From contig JBMYWE010000001.1 of the NCBI GenBank assembly GCA_049607125.1, positions 1-33,724 on the forward strand: a DNA stretch of 33,724 bases, written 5' to 3'. Of the stretch, positions 15,079 through 23,542 are shown piece after piece. Position numbers and translations under genes: made by a program. The stretch's first letter is position 1; the number at the start of each line of letters is the position of its first letter. This DNA is from Granulosicoccaceae bacterium. Its GTDB lineage: Bacteria; Pseudomonadota; Gammaproteobacteria; CALCKW01. The notes below the pieces were generated by a model. It was not told the DNA's origin. It saw only the letters and a program-made list of their open reading frames with translations, and made no database searches.

Positions 15079-16701
15079 ATGACGCTAGTTCAACCGCTCG
15101 ATTTACCCAGCGATTTTCCATTGCCGGAGGGTTTTGATAGTCCTTTTTGCAACGCACCTGCCGAGCTGGCTCAGCTGGCGGCTGAGCAGATGCAATGTTC
15201 TCTGACGACACGAGATTGGCAGGGGCATAACTTCTTCAACCGTGGCGCCGGGCATATGTTTGGTGTTTTGGTGGTTAGCACCGCCCAAGGCAAAATTGGC
15301 TATCTGCAAGGATTTAAAGGCCAGCTAGCCGAGCGTTGGCAGTGGCCGCAATTTGTGCCTCCCGCTTTTGATCAGTCGCGACGCGCGTCGTTTGAAGCCC
15401 AATATTTACATGATTTGTCGGAGCTTTGTGCGCGTAGACAGGCGCTGGAGTCAGACCCAGATTTTGTCTGCGCCCGTCAGCAGCTCGAGCAAGGGCAGCG
15501 CCGGTTGCAGCAGCAAACGGCACAGTTGCAAGCCCAGTTGGTACTGCGCAAAGCCGCCCGCCGAATTGCCCGTGAAGAGGCGGATGATCAGACCCTCGCT
15601 CGCTTGCAAAGAGAGGGGGAGGCGGATGCGCGGTTGCGGGCTGAAGACAAAAGACAAGCGCGTGAAAAACGACACCGGTGGGAGTCGGCGGTGGCTGTCT
15701 ATGCCCAGCAAATCGACAGCTTGCTCGTCAGAGAGGCGGCGTTACGGCAGAGCTACCGAGAGAGGCTTCAACAATGCTATCAGCTCTACAATGGACAGGG
15801 CGAGCAGTCCGATTTATCGACAATCTTTGCAGGCAGGGCGCCGTTGGATGGTGTCGCTGACTGTGCCGGCGCGAAGTTGCTCAACTACGCCTACGCGCAA
15901 CGGCTAAAACCACTGGCGATGGCGGAGTTTTGGTGGGGCGCAGAGCCCGCTGACGAAGTGCGACACCACCGCCACTTTTACCCCAGCTGCCGTGGTCGCT
16001 GTAGGCCACTGTTTTCCTTTATGTTGTCGGGTTTGCCCGCCGGGCGGCAACCTAGGCATCTGCAAGCTTTCAAAGACGCGCGCGCACCGGATGTGGTGTA
16101 TCAAGATCGCCATTTGATTGTCGTCAACAAGCCCGCCGAGCTCTTGTCTGTGCCGGGGTTGGCGATGATCGACTCGGTGCAGAGCCGCCTGCAGCAGCGC
16201 CACCCGGATCTCCCCGAGCTGCAGCTTGTACACCGTTTGGATCAGTCTACGTCTGGATTACTGTTATTGGCCAAGACGCGACGTGATCACAAAGCGCTGC
16301 AGCGCCAATTCAGTGAGCGAACGATCAGCAAGGAATACATTGCCTTACTCGACGGTGAGGTGCTTGGGGAGCAGGGCGAGATCAGCCTGCCCCTGCGTGT
16401 GGATTTGGAGGATAGACCGCGTCAGTTGGTGTGCGATCAACACGGCAAACCCGCATTGACACGCTGGCGGGTATTGGCGCGCGAGGGCGGGCGTACTCGT
16501 GTGGCATTGATGCCCGTGACCGGGCGCACGCACCAATTGCGAGTGCACATGGCCCACGCGCTGGGATTGTCAGCCCCCATTGTCGGCGACGAATTGTATG
16601 GCAAGCCCGGCGATCGCTTGTATCTGCACGCGCAGTCGTTGGCTTTTATTCATCCGGGGACGGGTGAACGAGCGCGCTTCTCTGTACCTGCTCCTTTTTG
16701 A
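15079..16701 (+). CDS. RluA-family pseudouridine synthase with an N-terminal extension of about 335 aa
   Basis: The C-terminal 200 aa carry VVNKPAELLSVPG, the catalytic HRLDQSTSGLLLLAK, and THQLRVH. The N-terminal 335 aa are not part of the canonical enzyme. Confidence 0.85.
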   Translation: MTLVQPLDLPSDFPLPEGFDSPFCNAPAELAQLAAEQMQCSLTTRDWQGHNFFNRGAGHMFGVLVVSTAQGKIGYLQGFKGQLAERWQWPQFVPPAFDQSRRASFEAQYLHDLSELCARRQALESDPDFVCARQQLEQGQRRLQQQTAQLQAQLVLRKAARRIAREEADDQTLARLQREGEADARLRAEDKRQAREKRHRWESAVAVYAQQIDSLLVREAALRQSYRERLQQCYQLYNGQGEQSDLSTIFAGRAPLDGVADCAGAKLLNYAYAQRLKPLAMAEFWWGAEPADEVRHHRHFYPSCRGRCRPLFSFMLSGLPAGRQPRHLQAFKDARAPDVVYQDRHLIVVNKPAELLSVPGLAMIDSVQSRLQQRHPDLPELQLVHRLDQSTSGLLLLAKTRRDHKALQRQFSERTISKEYIALLDGEVLGEQGEISLPLRVDLEDRPRQLVCDQHGKPALTRWRVLAREGGRTRVALMPVTGRTHQLRVHMAHALGLSAPIVGDELYGKPGDRLYLHAQSLAFIHPGTGERARFSVPAPF

Positions 16702-16799
16702 CAGAGCGATGCATGGATGTATCTTGTCGCTGGCGGTGCTAGATTAGCAGCGCGCCCTTTTGTACCGCTGCTGGTAAGTTTTACAGACGAGGAAAGTGA

Positions 16800-17441
16800 A
16801 TGGCTTCGGAATCGCCCGTATTAACTGACAATAGCGTGCTCAGCCGGCTCGATCAGGCGCTCGAATGCCTGGAAAAATACTTGGCGTTGCTCGGCGGAGT
16901 CGCCGTATTCGTTTTGATGTTGTTGGCGGTGACGAGTGTCGCCGGACGACAGCTGTTTAACCAGCCACTCGCGGGCTATGTGGATTGGATAGAGCAGGCG
17001 ATGCCGGTGATCGCTTTTCTAGGCATCGCCTATTGCCAGCGCTTGGGTGGGCATATTCGCATGGATATGCTGATAGGCAGACTACGCGGCCGAGCGTTGT
17101 GGTGTTTGGAATTACTGGGTTGTCTGCTCACACTGCTGCTGATGTTGTTGCTGGTGTGGGGTACTTGGGCGCATTTTGACCGCTCCTTTGATTTTGCCGC
17201 TCCACTGTGGAGTCGTGACTCGAGCCTGGATATACGCCTGCCGCTCTGGCCGGCCAAGTTACTGGTGCCGGTGGCTTTTGCCGTGCTCAGTGCGCGGCTG
17301 GTGCTGCAGTGCGTTGGCTACGCGCGTGCCCTAGTGTCTGGGGAGCGCCACCCCGTCGCTGTACCGCTGATCGAAGACGCCGCTACGTTGGCCGAGCGCG
17401 AGGCGCAGGCCACGCTTAGTACCCGCGAGTCTCAGCCATGA
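16800..17441 (+). CDS. TRAP transporter small permease (DctQ-type)
   Basis: 213 aa with four hydrophobic helices. The segment LALLGGVAVFVLMLLAVTSVAGRQLFNQPLAGYVDWIEQAMPVIAFLGIAYCQRLGGHIRMD is typical. It overlaps the large-permease gene as ATGA (17438-17441). Confidence 0.85.
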   Translation: MASESPVLTDNSVLSRLDQALECLEKYLALLGGVAVFVLMLLAVTSVAGRQLFNQPLAGYVDWIEQAMPVIAFLGIAYCQRLGGHIRMDMLIGRLRGRALWCLELLGCLLTLLLMLLLVWGTWAHFDRSFDFAAPLWSRDSSLDIRLPLWPAKLLVPVAFAVLSARLVLQCVGYARALVSGERHPVAVPLIEDAATLAEREAQATLSTRESQP

Positions 17442-18841
17442 GCAGTATCGAGATAGGCCTGTACGTCACGGGCGTTATGATGGTGTTGGTGGTGCTTGGC
17501 ATGCGTGTGGCGTTTGCCGCGGCGACAGCAGGTTTGGTTGGTTTGGTGTGGATATTCTGGGCCAAAAAGGCATTTGCCGCCGATCAGTTTTTCTGGGCGC
17601 TCACGGTCGCCACCAAAATTGCCGTTCAAGTGCCACATTCTAAAGTCTCCAGTCAGGCACTCTCTTTGATTCCCACTTTTATCCTCATTGGGTATCTGGC
17701 CTACCACGCGGGGCTGACCAAGGCTTTGTTCGAGGCTGCCAAGCGCTGGGTGGGTTGGTTGCCGGGTGGCCTGGGCGTCTCGACCGTCTTTGCCACAGCG
17801 GGCTTTGCCGCCGTGTCGGGGGCATCGGTCGCCACCTCGGCGGTGTTTGCCCGTATCGCCATTCCCGAAATGCTGGCGGTGGGCTACGATCGCCGTTTTG
17901 CTGCGGGGGTAGTTGCGGCGGCTGGCACGCTGGCCTCCTTGATTCCACCTTCAGCCATCTTGGTCATTTACGCCATCATCGTCGAACAGGATGTAGGTAC
18001 GTTAATTCTGGCGGGTTTTATCCCTGGGGCATTCTCCGCAGTGGTCTACGGCGCACTGGTGATCGGTATGGCGATGCTTTACCCCAAGCTCGGCCCCGCC
18101 GTGGGAGGCTACAGCTGGTCCGAGCGTTTTAAATCCCTTCCAGGCGCTTTGCCCATTGTCTTTGTGGTAGTGGTGATTATCTTTTTTATCTACAACCCCT
18201 TTGGCGGTGATGCGTGGGGAACGCCCACCGAGGGCGGGGCCATCGGAGCTTTTGTCGTCTTTTTGGTGGCGTTGGCGAGGGGCATGAAATGGCCCGACTT
18301 AAAGGCGGCTTTGCTGGAGACTGCCAAGCTCTCGGTGATGATTTTCAGCATAATCTGGGGCGTGTTGATCTACGTTCGATTCCTCGGCTTCGCTGACCTG
18401 CCATCGGCTTTCTCTGAATGGATAACTTCTCTTGATCAAAGCCCCATGCTCACCTTCGTTTGCATCTTGCTGGCCTATGCGGTGCTTGGCATGTTTATGG
18501 ATGCCATTGGTATGCTGTTGTTGACATTGCCCATCGTCTTTCCAGCAGTGATTGCATTGAACGGCGGAGAGAGCGTGAGTGCTGGCGATAGTGCGTTTGG
18601 CATGACAGCGACAGGCTGCGCTATATGGTTCGGTATCGTGGTGGTGAAGATGGCTGAGCTGTGTCTTATTACGCCGCCCATCGGGCTCAATTGTTTTGTT
18701 GTCGCAGGGGTGCGCGAGGATATCTCAGTACAAGATGTCTTTCGGGGTGCCGCACCCTTTTTTATCGCCGACGCCCTGACCATTGCGGGCCTCGTTGCTT
18801 TCCCACAAATTGTTTTGTATCTGCCCTCTTTGTTGAAATAG
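17438..18841 (+). CDS. TRAP transporter large permease (DctM-type)
   Basis: 467 aa and polytopic. DctM-like segments include GGLGVSTVFATAGFAAVSGASVATSAVFARIAIPEM and LITPPIGLNCFVVAG. Confidence 0.9.
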   Translation: MSSIEIGLYVTGVMMVLVVLGMRVAFAAATAGLVGLVWIFWAKKAFAADQFFWALTVATKIAVQVPHSKVSSQALSLIPTFILIGYLAYHAGLTKALFEAAKRWVGWLPGGLGVSTVFATAGFAAVSGASVATSAVFARIAIPEMLAVGYDRRFAAGVVAAAGTLASLIPPSAILVIYAIIVEQDVGTLILAGFIPGAFSAVVYGALVIGMAMLYPKLGPAVGGYSWSERFKSLPGALPIVFVVVVIIFFIYNPFGGDAWGTPTEGGAIGAFVVFLVALARGMKWPDLKAALLETAKLSVMIFSIIWGVLIYVRFLGFADLPSAFSEWITSLDQSPMLTFVCILLAYAVLGMFMDAIGMLLLTLPIVFPAVIALNGGESVSAGDSAFGMTATGCAIWFGIVVVKMAELCLITPPIGLNCFVVAGVREDISVQDVFRGAAPFFIADALTIAGLVAFPQIVLYLPSLLK

Positions 18842-19319
18842 TGCGATCGGTTGATGTGGTTTTTATCAAAGCATGCCAAATAGCACGAAAAGACAGAAAA
18901 TCGTCCGAAAAGCAATAAAACTGCGCTCGAATACGAGGCTGAGACCATTGCTGAATTCGCACTGAATGCTGGCTCATCAAGTAATTTTTGAATATTGCAT
19001 CGCGTGAGCAAACCGTTTTTCCAAATTGTTTTGTAACAATGAGGTTACACGCTGCCATAATGCACTCTATTGCTGTCATGAAGTACTAATTCTCTTGCTT
19101 TATTACGGATTTGTATTAAAGAAATACTCTTCATTGTCGCGCGGAGACGTTATCATTTTCCAACGAACAACTAATATCAATAGTGGTTCGCAAAGAATAC
19201 AAATTGGCTGTACCAAATTCGAGACGAATGTTCGTTGCTACAGCTAGGTGATCGGGTTTGCTCGATCAGAGTGGGGTCTAGCTTAGGAGCCCAAAGGGGA
19301 TAACCCCCGAGGAGAGAAA

Positions 19320-19637
19320 GTGGCGTATTTGTTCCGATTCGTGTTGTTGTGTATACCATTGCTGGGTGCGGTTGCCGCCACAGCAGAGGCACAGCGCATT
19401 GATCGATCGGGTGACGTCGAGGAAACATCTGTTGCGGCCCAAGCCCAGCCTGAGATGGTGTTGGCGCTCAATGCTGCGACTACCGTAATTCCTGCAACCA
19501 CTGCGACTGATGCCATTGTGAGTGATCAGCTTATCTCTGCACGAGATGTGGTGAGTGGTGCAGGGGCTGCCGGTGCTGGCTTACCGGTTTGTCTGGCGTT
19601 GGTGTTGTTAGTCACACTTATACGCCAACGCAGCTAA
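19320..19637 (+). CDS. Small secreted protein with a Gly/Ala-rich, TM and basic C-terminal tail (sorting-signal-like)
   Basis: GTG start with GGAGAG upstream. The signal peptide is FRFVLLCIPLLGAVAATAEA. The C-terminus is SGAGAAGAGLPVCLALVLLVTLIRQRS. A strong terminator follows. Confidence 0.55.
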   Translation: MAYLFRFVLLCIPLLGAVAATAEAQRIDRSGDVEETSVAAQAQPEMVLALNAATTVIPATTATDAIVSDQLISARDVVSGAGAAGAGLPVCLALVLLVTLIRQRS

Positions 19638-19668
19638 TATCGAACAGAGTTTTTGATCGTCCACCGAG

Positions 19669-19695
19669 AACGCCCGCGCTAGTGGGCGTTTTTTT
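19669..19695 (+). terminator. Rho-independent terminator
   Basis: AACGCCC-gcgctagt-GGGCGTT forms a 7-bp GC-rich stem and runs into a stretch of 7 T (19689-19695). It starts 31 nt after the stop of the 19320-19637 gene. Confidence 0.7.
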
Positions 19696-19792
19696 ATGGG
19701 TGCACAAAACACACTTTGTCTGTGCGGATTGAAGGCCGCCACCCCGCTTGTCCCTGGGAATACTCTATTCCCTTGCTGTGTGCAGGCTAGGG

Positions 19793-21688
19793 CTAGAACA
19801 ATAGGTTCAACATTGTCAGTGAGACCAGCAAAAAAAGAATAGTCATAATGCCGCCTGAGCGGATAAAGTCGACAACGCTATAGTTGCCCGGTCCCATGAT
19901 CAGTGCGTTGACTTGGTGGGTTGGAATCAAGAAAGAATTGGATGTGGAGATAGCCACGGTCAGCGCAAAAAGTGCGGGGTCAGCGTCCGCCGCCAGTGCG
20001 ATGTTGACCGCCAGCGGCACCAGCAAGACAGTCGCTCCTACATTTGACATAACCAGCGTAAAAACGGTGGCAAGGGCTGCAACAGCAACTTGAAGCCACA
20101 ACACGGACATACCACCCATGGCCCCAACCACCAAATTGGCAATCCACTCGGCGGTACCGGTGTTTTGCACAGCTTGGCCCAGAGGTATCAAGCTCGCCAA
20201 CAAAAACACCGTATTCCAGCCGATGGCTTTATAGGCCTCGTCGATGCTCAACACACGGCTGAGAATCATGCCGGTCGCTCCGATCAGCAAGCACAGCGAA
20301 AGCCGGATGTCGGAGAACAACACCAGCGCGAGTGCGATGGAGAAAAACACCAGCGCAAATACTGTCTTCTCGGGTCGAAAGGTGTCGTGCGGGTAGTTAG
20401 AGGTGACCACCACGTAGTCGTTGCGGTGGTTTTCTTCCAGTCGAACTAGTGAGTCCCACGCTGTGTGGCAGACCAGTGTGTCCCCCGCCTGTAGTTGCAT
20501 CAAACCGACGTCCTCGCGCGACGCGTTGGTCTCTTCTTGTTCGGCGCATGAGCGGCTATACGAATGCCCGCTGCGTGACAAGGCCAATACTGACAGACCG
20601 TGGTTTTTGCGGATGCCGATATCGCGCGCGGTGCGGCCAATGACGGCGGAGTCGGGCGGGATAACAATCTCGGCTATACCAGACTTGTCCGTACTGAGAT
20701 CTTCGGCAAAGGTGCTGCCAGTGGGGTCGAGTTCGATGCCGGTTTGCTCGGCAAACATCTCCAACTGCATGCCATTGGCGATGACAGCCAGACGGGCGGG
20801 GGCTTCGACCAGTATGTCGCCCGGTGGCTCCATACGGGTGCGACCACGGAAGTGAATGCCGATGATGTCGATGCCGTATTCGGCAACCAGTTCCAGTACA
20901 CCTCGACCGACCAGTGGACTACCCGGCTTGACGATCACTTCATGTATACGAGGCGTGAAGGAATAAATGCGTTGGTAATACTCCAGTACGTTGCGCGGGT
21001 TGGCGGGTTTGGCCTCTTCGGTGCGCAATATCCAGCGACCGGCGACAACGAAGTAGACAATGCCGGTGGCCAGCAGCGCCAAGCCAATAGGGGTGACATC
21101 GAAGAGCTCGAAGGTGCGCATGCGCTCGTCTTCGGGCAGCGTTTTGTTGACGCCGAGGATTAAGTCGTTGAGCAAGATAAGCGGTGAAGACCCCACCATG
21201 GTCACAGTACCGCCGAGGATGGCGCAAAAGCCCATGGGCATCAGCAATCGAGAAACAGGCACGCCTGTTCTGCTACTGATACGCGAGACCACGGGTAAAA
21301 ATAGCGCAGCGGCGCCGACGTTTTGCATAAACGACGAGATAATGCCCACCGTGCCGCTGATAATTGGGATAAGCCGATTTTCGGTACTACCGCCCACTTT
21401 GACTATGCCCTTGGCGACACGGTTCATCAGACCCGTTTGGTCTAGTCCGGCGCCAATTATCATCACAGCGATTATCGAGATAACAGCGTTGCTGGAGAAA
21501 CCATCAAAAAGGTGGTTGAGGTCAGCGAGCTTGTCCAGCCCCGGCAGCTCACTGAGTACCCCCAGCAACACCATCACCAGTAGTGCGGCGAGATCGACAC
21601 GGACAATTTCAAAGGCGAACAGGAATACCGTAAAGGCCAGCAGCGCTAACACCGCCACCATATCGATACTCAGGCCGAGATTTTCCAT
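19793..21688 (-). CDS. SLC13/DASS-type anion permease with two central TrkA-C (RCK-C) domains
   Basis: I place the start at ATG 21688 (MENLGLS). The protein has polytopic N- and C-terminal halves. Two soluble TrkA-C-like segments are present: VKPGSPLVGRGVLEL...IIGIHFRGR and VIPPDSAVIGRTARDIGIRKNHGLSVLALSRSG. Confidence 0.85.
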   Translation of the reverse strand: MENLGLSIDMVAVLALLAFTVFLFAFEIVRVDLAALLVMVLLGVLSELPGLDKLADLNHLFDGFSSNAVISIIAVMIIGAGLDQTGLMNRVAKGIVKVGGSTENRLIPIISGTVGIISSFMQNVGAAALFLPVVSRISSRTGVPVSRLLMPMGFCAILGGTVTMVGSSPLILLNDLILGVNKTLPEDERMRTFELFDVTPIGLALLATGIVYFVVAGRWILRTEEAKPANPRNVLEYYQRIYSFTPRIHEVIVKPGSPLVGRGVLELVAEYGIDIIGIHFRGRTRMEPPGDILVEAPARLAVIANGMQLEMFAEQTGIELDPTGSTFAEDLSTDKSGIAEIVIPPDSAVIGRTARDIGIRKNHGLSVLALSRSGHSYSRSCAEQEETNASREDVGLMQLQAGDTLVCHTAWDSLVRLEENHRNDYVVVTSNYPHDTFRPEKTVFALVFFSIALALVLFSDIRLSLCLLIGATGMILSRVLSIDEAYKAIGWNTVFLLASLIPLGQAVQNTGTAEWIANLVVGAMGGMSVLWLQVAVAALATVFTLVMSNVGATVLLVPLAVNIALAADADPALFALTVAISTSNSFLIPTHQVNALIMGPGNYSVVDFIRSGGIMTILFLLVSLTMLNLLF

Positions 21689-21809
21689 ACACTTGTCCTG
21701 TGTGCTCTTGCAAACCAATCGTGCTTGCTGAGCTTTTTTTTGTCCTAGTAACTCTAGCTTGTCAGCCCGAGCTTTGGTGTATCCAGCTGGCGCTTGTACT
21801 CGACGCCAG

Positions 21810-22586
21810 TTAGGTTTTGGCTAGCGATCGGCGCATCAGATATTCGTAGAGCGTCGGCGACAGCCGTGCTATCCAATAGCTGAACACCGCCACTCGGCCC
21901 AGCGATAGGCGCTCAGCACGCGCTGCGATAGCGCGCACAATACGCACGGCTGCCTGATCTGGGCTCATTGGATCTATGGCGTCGTCGGCAGCTCCCGGGC
22001 GCTGGATGTCTGTCTTCGCATTCAAAGAGCCTGGGTTGGTGGCGATGAACGACGGATAGACCACCAGCACGTGCACACCGTGTTCGCGCTCTTCAGCGCG
22101 TAGAGTGTCAAAAAAACCGTTCATGGCGTGTTTGCTGGCGCAGTAGACCGAGCGCTTACTCAGCGGCGCAAAACCCGCGACACTTGATATGGCCACGTGC
22201 GAGCCACCGCTCTCGCGCAGTGCGGGCATAGCTGCGATAGCGCATAGGGCTGCGCCACGAAAATTGACAGCCATCACTTGGTCCAAAGTGTCGGCTGAGA
22301 GTTCAGGTGCGGCCGATATCTGCGTGATGCCAGCGTTGTTGATAAGGATATCTATGCGACCGTGCTGCTCTATCAGCCGTGCAAAGCAGAGGCGAATCGC
22401 CGTCGCATCGCGAATATCGAGCTCAGAGCAGAAGAGCGTGCCATCACCGAGCCGCGTTTGGAGGTGTTGCAGGCCGAGCGGGTCGTGATCAAGAGCGACA
22501 ACAGTGGCGCCTTGTTCGGCGAAGCACCGACACAGCGCCTGTCCGAGCCCACCGGCAGCTCCGGTGATAACTACTACCCGGTTCAT
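21810..22586 (-). CDS. Classical short-chain dehydrogenase/reductase (SDR)
   Basis: TGAAGGLG cofactor motif, NNAG, and the catalytic YCASK. The ATG overlaps the upstream stop (ATGA, 22583-22586). Confidence 0.9.
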   Translation of the reverse strand: MNRVVVITGAAGGLGQALCRCFAEQGATVVALDHDPLGLQHLQTRLGDGTLFCSELDIRDATAIRLCFARLIEQHGRIDILINNAGITQISAAPELSADTLDQVMAVNFRGAALCAIAAMPALRESGGSHVAISSVAGFAPLSKRSVYCASKHAMNGFFDTLRAEEREHGVHVLVVYPSFIATNPGSLNAKTDIQRPGAADDAIDPMSPDQAAVRIVRAIAARAERLSLGRVAVFSYWIARLSPTLYEYLMRRSLAKT

Positions 22587-23542
22587 GAGATTAAACCGAC
22601 GTGCTTGGCCCAGCGGTTAAAGGCCTGCTTGGAGCTATGCCTCGGGGTATAGGGGAAATGAGTCTTGAGTTTGTCGTTGCTGAGTACGGGGCGGAATTGT
22701 AGAAAGCAAAGTTGCTCGGGCCCGTATCGACTGATACGTAGGCTTGAGCCAACAGCGAGCAGGGCGCTGAGCAGCCAAGCTGGCAGAGCTAAAGTCTGTT
22801 TGCCCAGTAAATGTGCCAATTGTTCGATGCTCAACCACCCGTCGCCGCAGACGTTGAATACGCCTGTTGGGCTCTGCGCCACTGCACGACTCAAAATGTC
22901 CGCGAGGTCCTCGTCCCAGATAAAGACAAACGGGCTGTCGTGGCCATGCACGGCGAGCAAACGACGCTTGTGGAACAACGCTGTGATTTGATTGTCGACA
23001 CTCTCACCCAGTACGGTACCAACGCGCAGGATCACTTGCTCGAGTTGAGGGTGCTGATCGCGCGCCTGTGACAGCAGCTCCTCGACCAGCCGCTTGTGCG
23101 CGGCGTAGCTAAACTCGCGGTTACCCCGCAACTCGTGGTGCTCTTTGAGCGGTAGAGGGTTGTCGGCGTGATAGCCATAGGCTGCCCCACTTGACGTGAC
23201 AACTAGGCGTTTGCATTGGTGTTCTATGCAGGCTTGTATTATATTCTGAGTGCCCACCACATCTACCTGGTAGGCTTGATCTCTGGTGGTGTTGGCGCCG
23301 GGGGTGACAATCGAGGCAAGGTGTACCACCGCAGTCGGACGGTGTTTGGTGAACAGCTGTTTTATCTGGGATGTATCGCAGACATCGAGCGCATCGCTGA
23401 CGAGATCAGGATGGTCGGAGGCGAAGCTGGGTGCGGATAGGTCGGTGGCGATGACCGTGAGCTCGCTTGTGTACGCCAGTTGGCGCTGCAATTGTCTGCC
23501 GATCAATCCATTGGCCCCAGTAATCAGTACTCGCTCACTCAT
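22583..23542 (-). CDS. NAD-dependent epimerase/dehydratase family (extended SDR) protein
   Basis: I place the start at ATG 23542 (MSERVLITGANGLIGRQL), which overlaps the BASS gene stop as ATGA (23539-23542). An SSGAAYG and YAAHK catalytic context is present. Confidence 0.85.
   Translation of the reverse strand: MSERVLITGANGLIGRQLQRQLAYTSELTVIATDLSAPSFASDHPDLVSDALDVCDTSQIKQLFTKHRPTAVVHLASIVTPGANTTRDQAYQVDVVGTQNIIQACIEHQCKRLVVTSSGAAYGYHADNPLPLKEHHELRGNREFSYAAHKRLVEELLSQARDQHPQLEQVILRVGTVLGESVDNQITALFHKRRLLAVHGHDSPFVFIWDEDLADILSRAVAQSPTGVFNVCGDGWLSIEQLAHLLGKQTLALPAWLLSALLAVGSSLRISRYGPEQLCFLQFRPVLSNDKLKTHFPYTPRHSSKQAFNRWAKHVGLIS

Noticed and set aside
18475-19079. Minus-strand ORFs of 178 and 105 aa spanning the dctM 3' end and the AT-rich spacer
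   Set aside because: The larger part is antisense to dctM. The remainder has a stop-poor AT-rich composition with an implausible peptide sequence, and neither ORF has an RBS.
19756-19772. Hairpin GGGAATA-ctc-TATTCCC downstream of the SLC13 gene stop
   Set aside because: It could be a terminator stem for the minus-strand gene. However, no U-tract follows on that strand and the stem is AT-rich, so I did not annotate it as a terminator.
20090-21731. Plus-strand ORFs of 119-223 aa opposite the SLC13 permease gene
   Set aside because: These are antisense shadow frames. The minus-strand product is a full-length, well-formed transporter.
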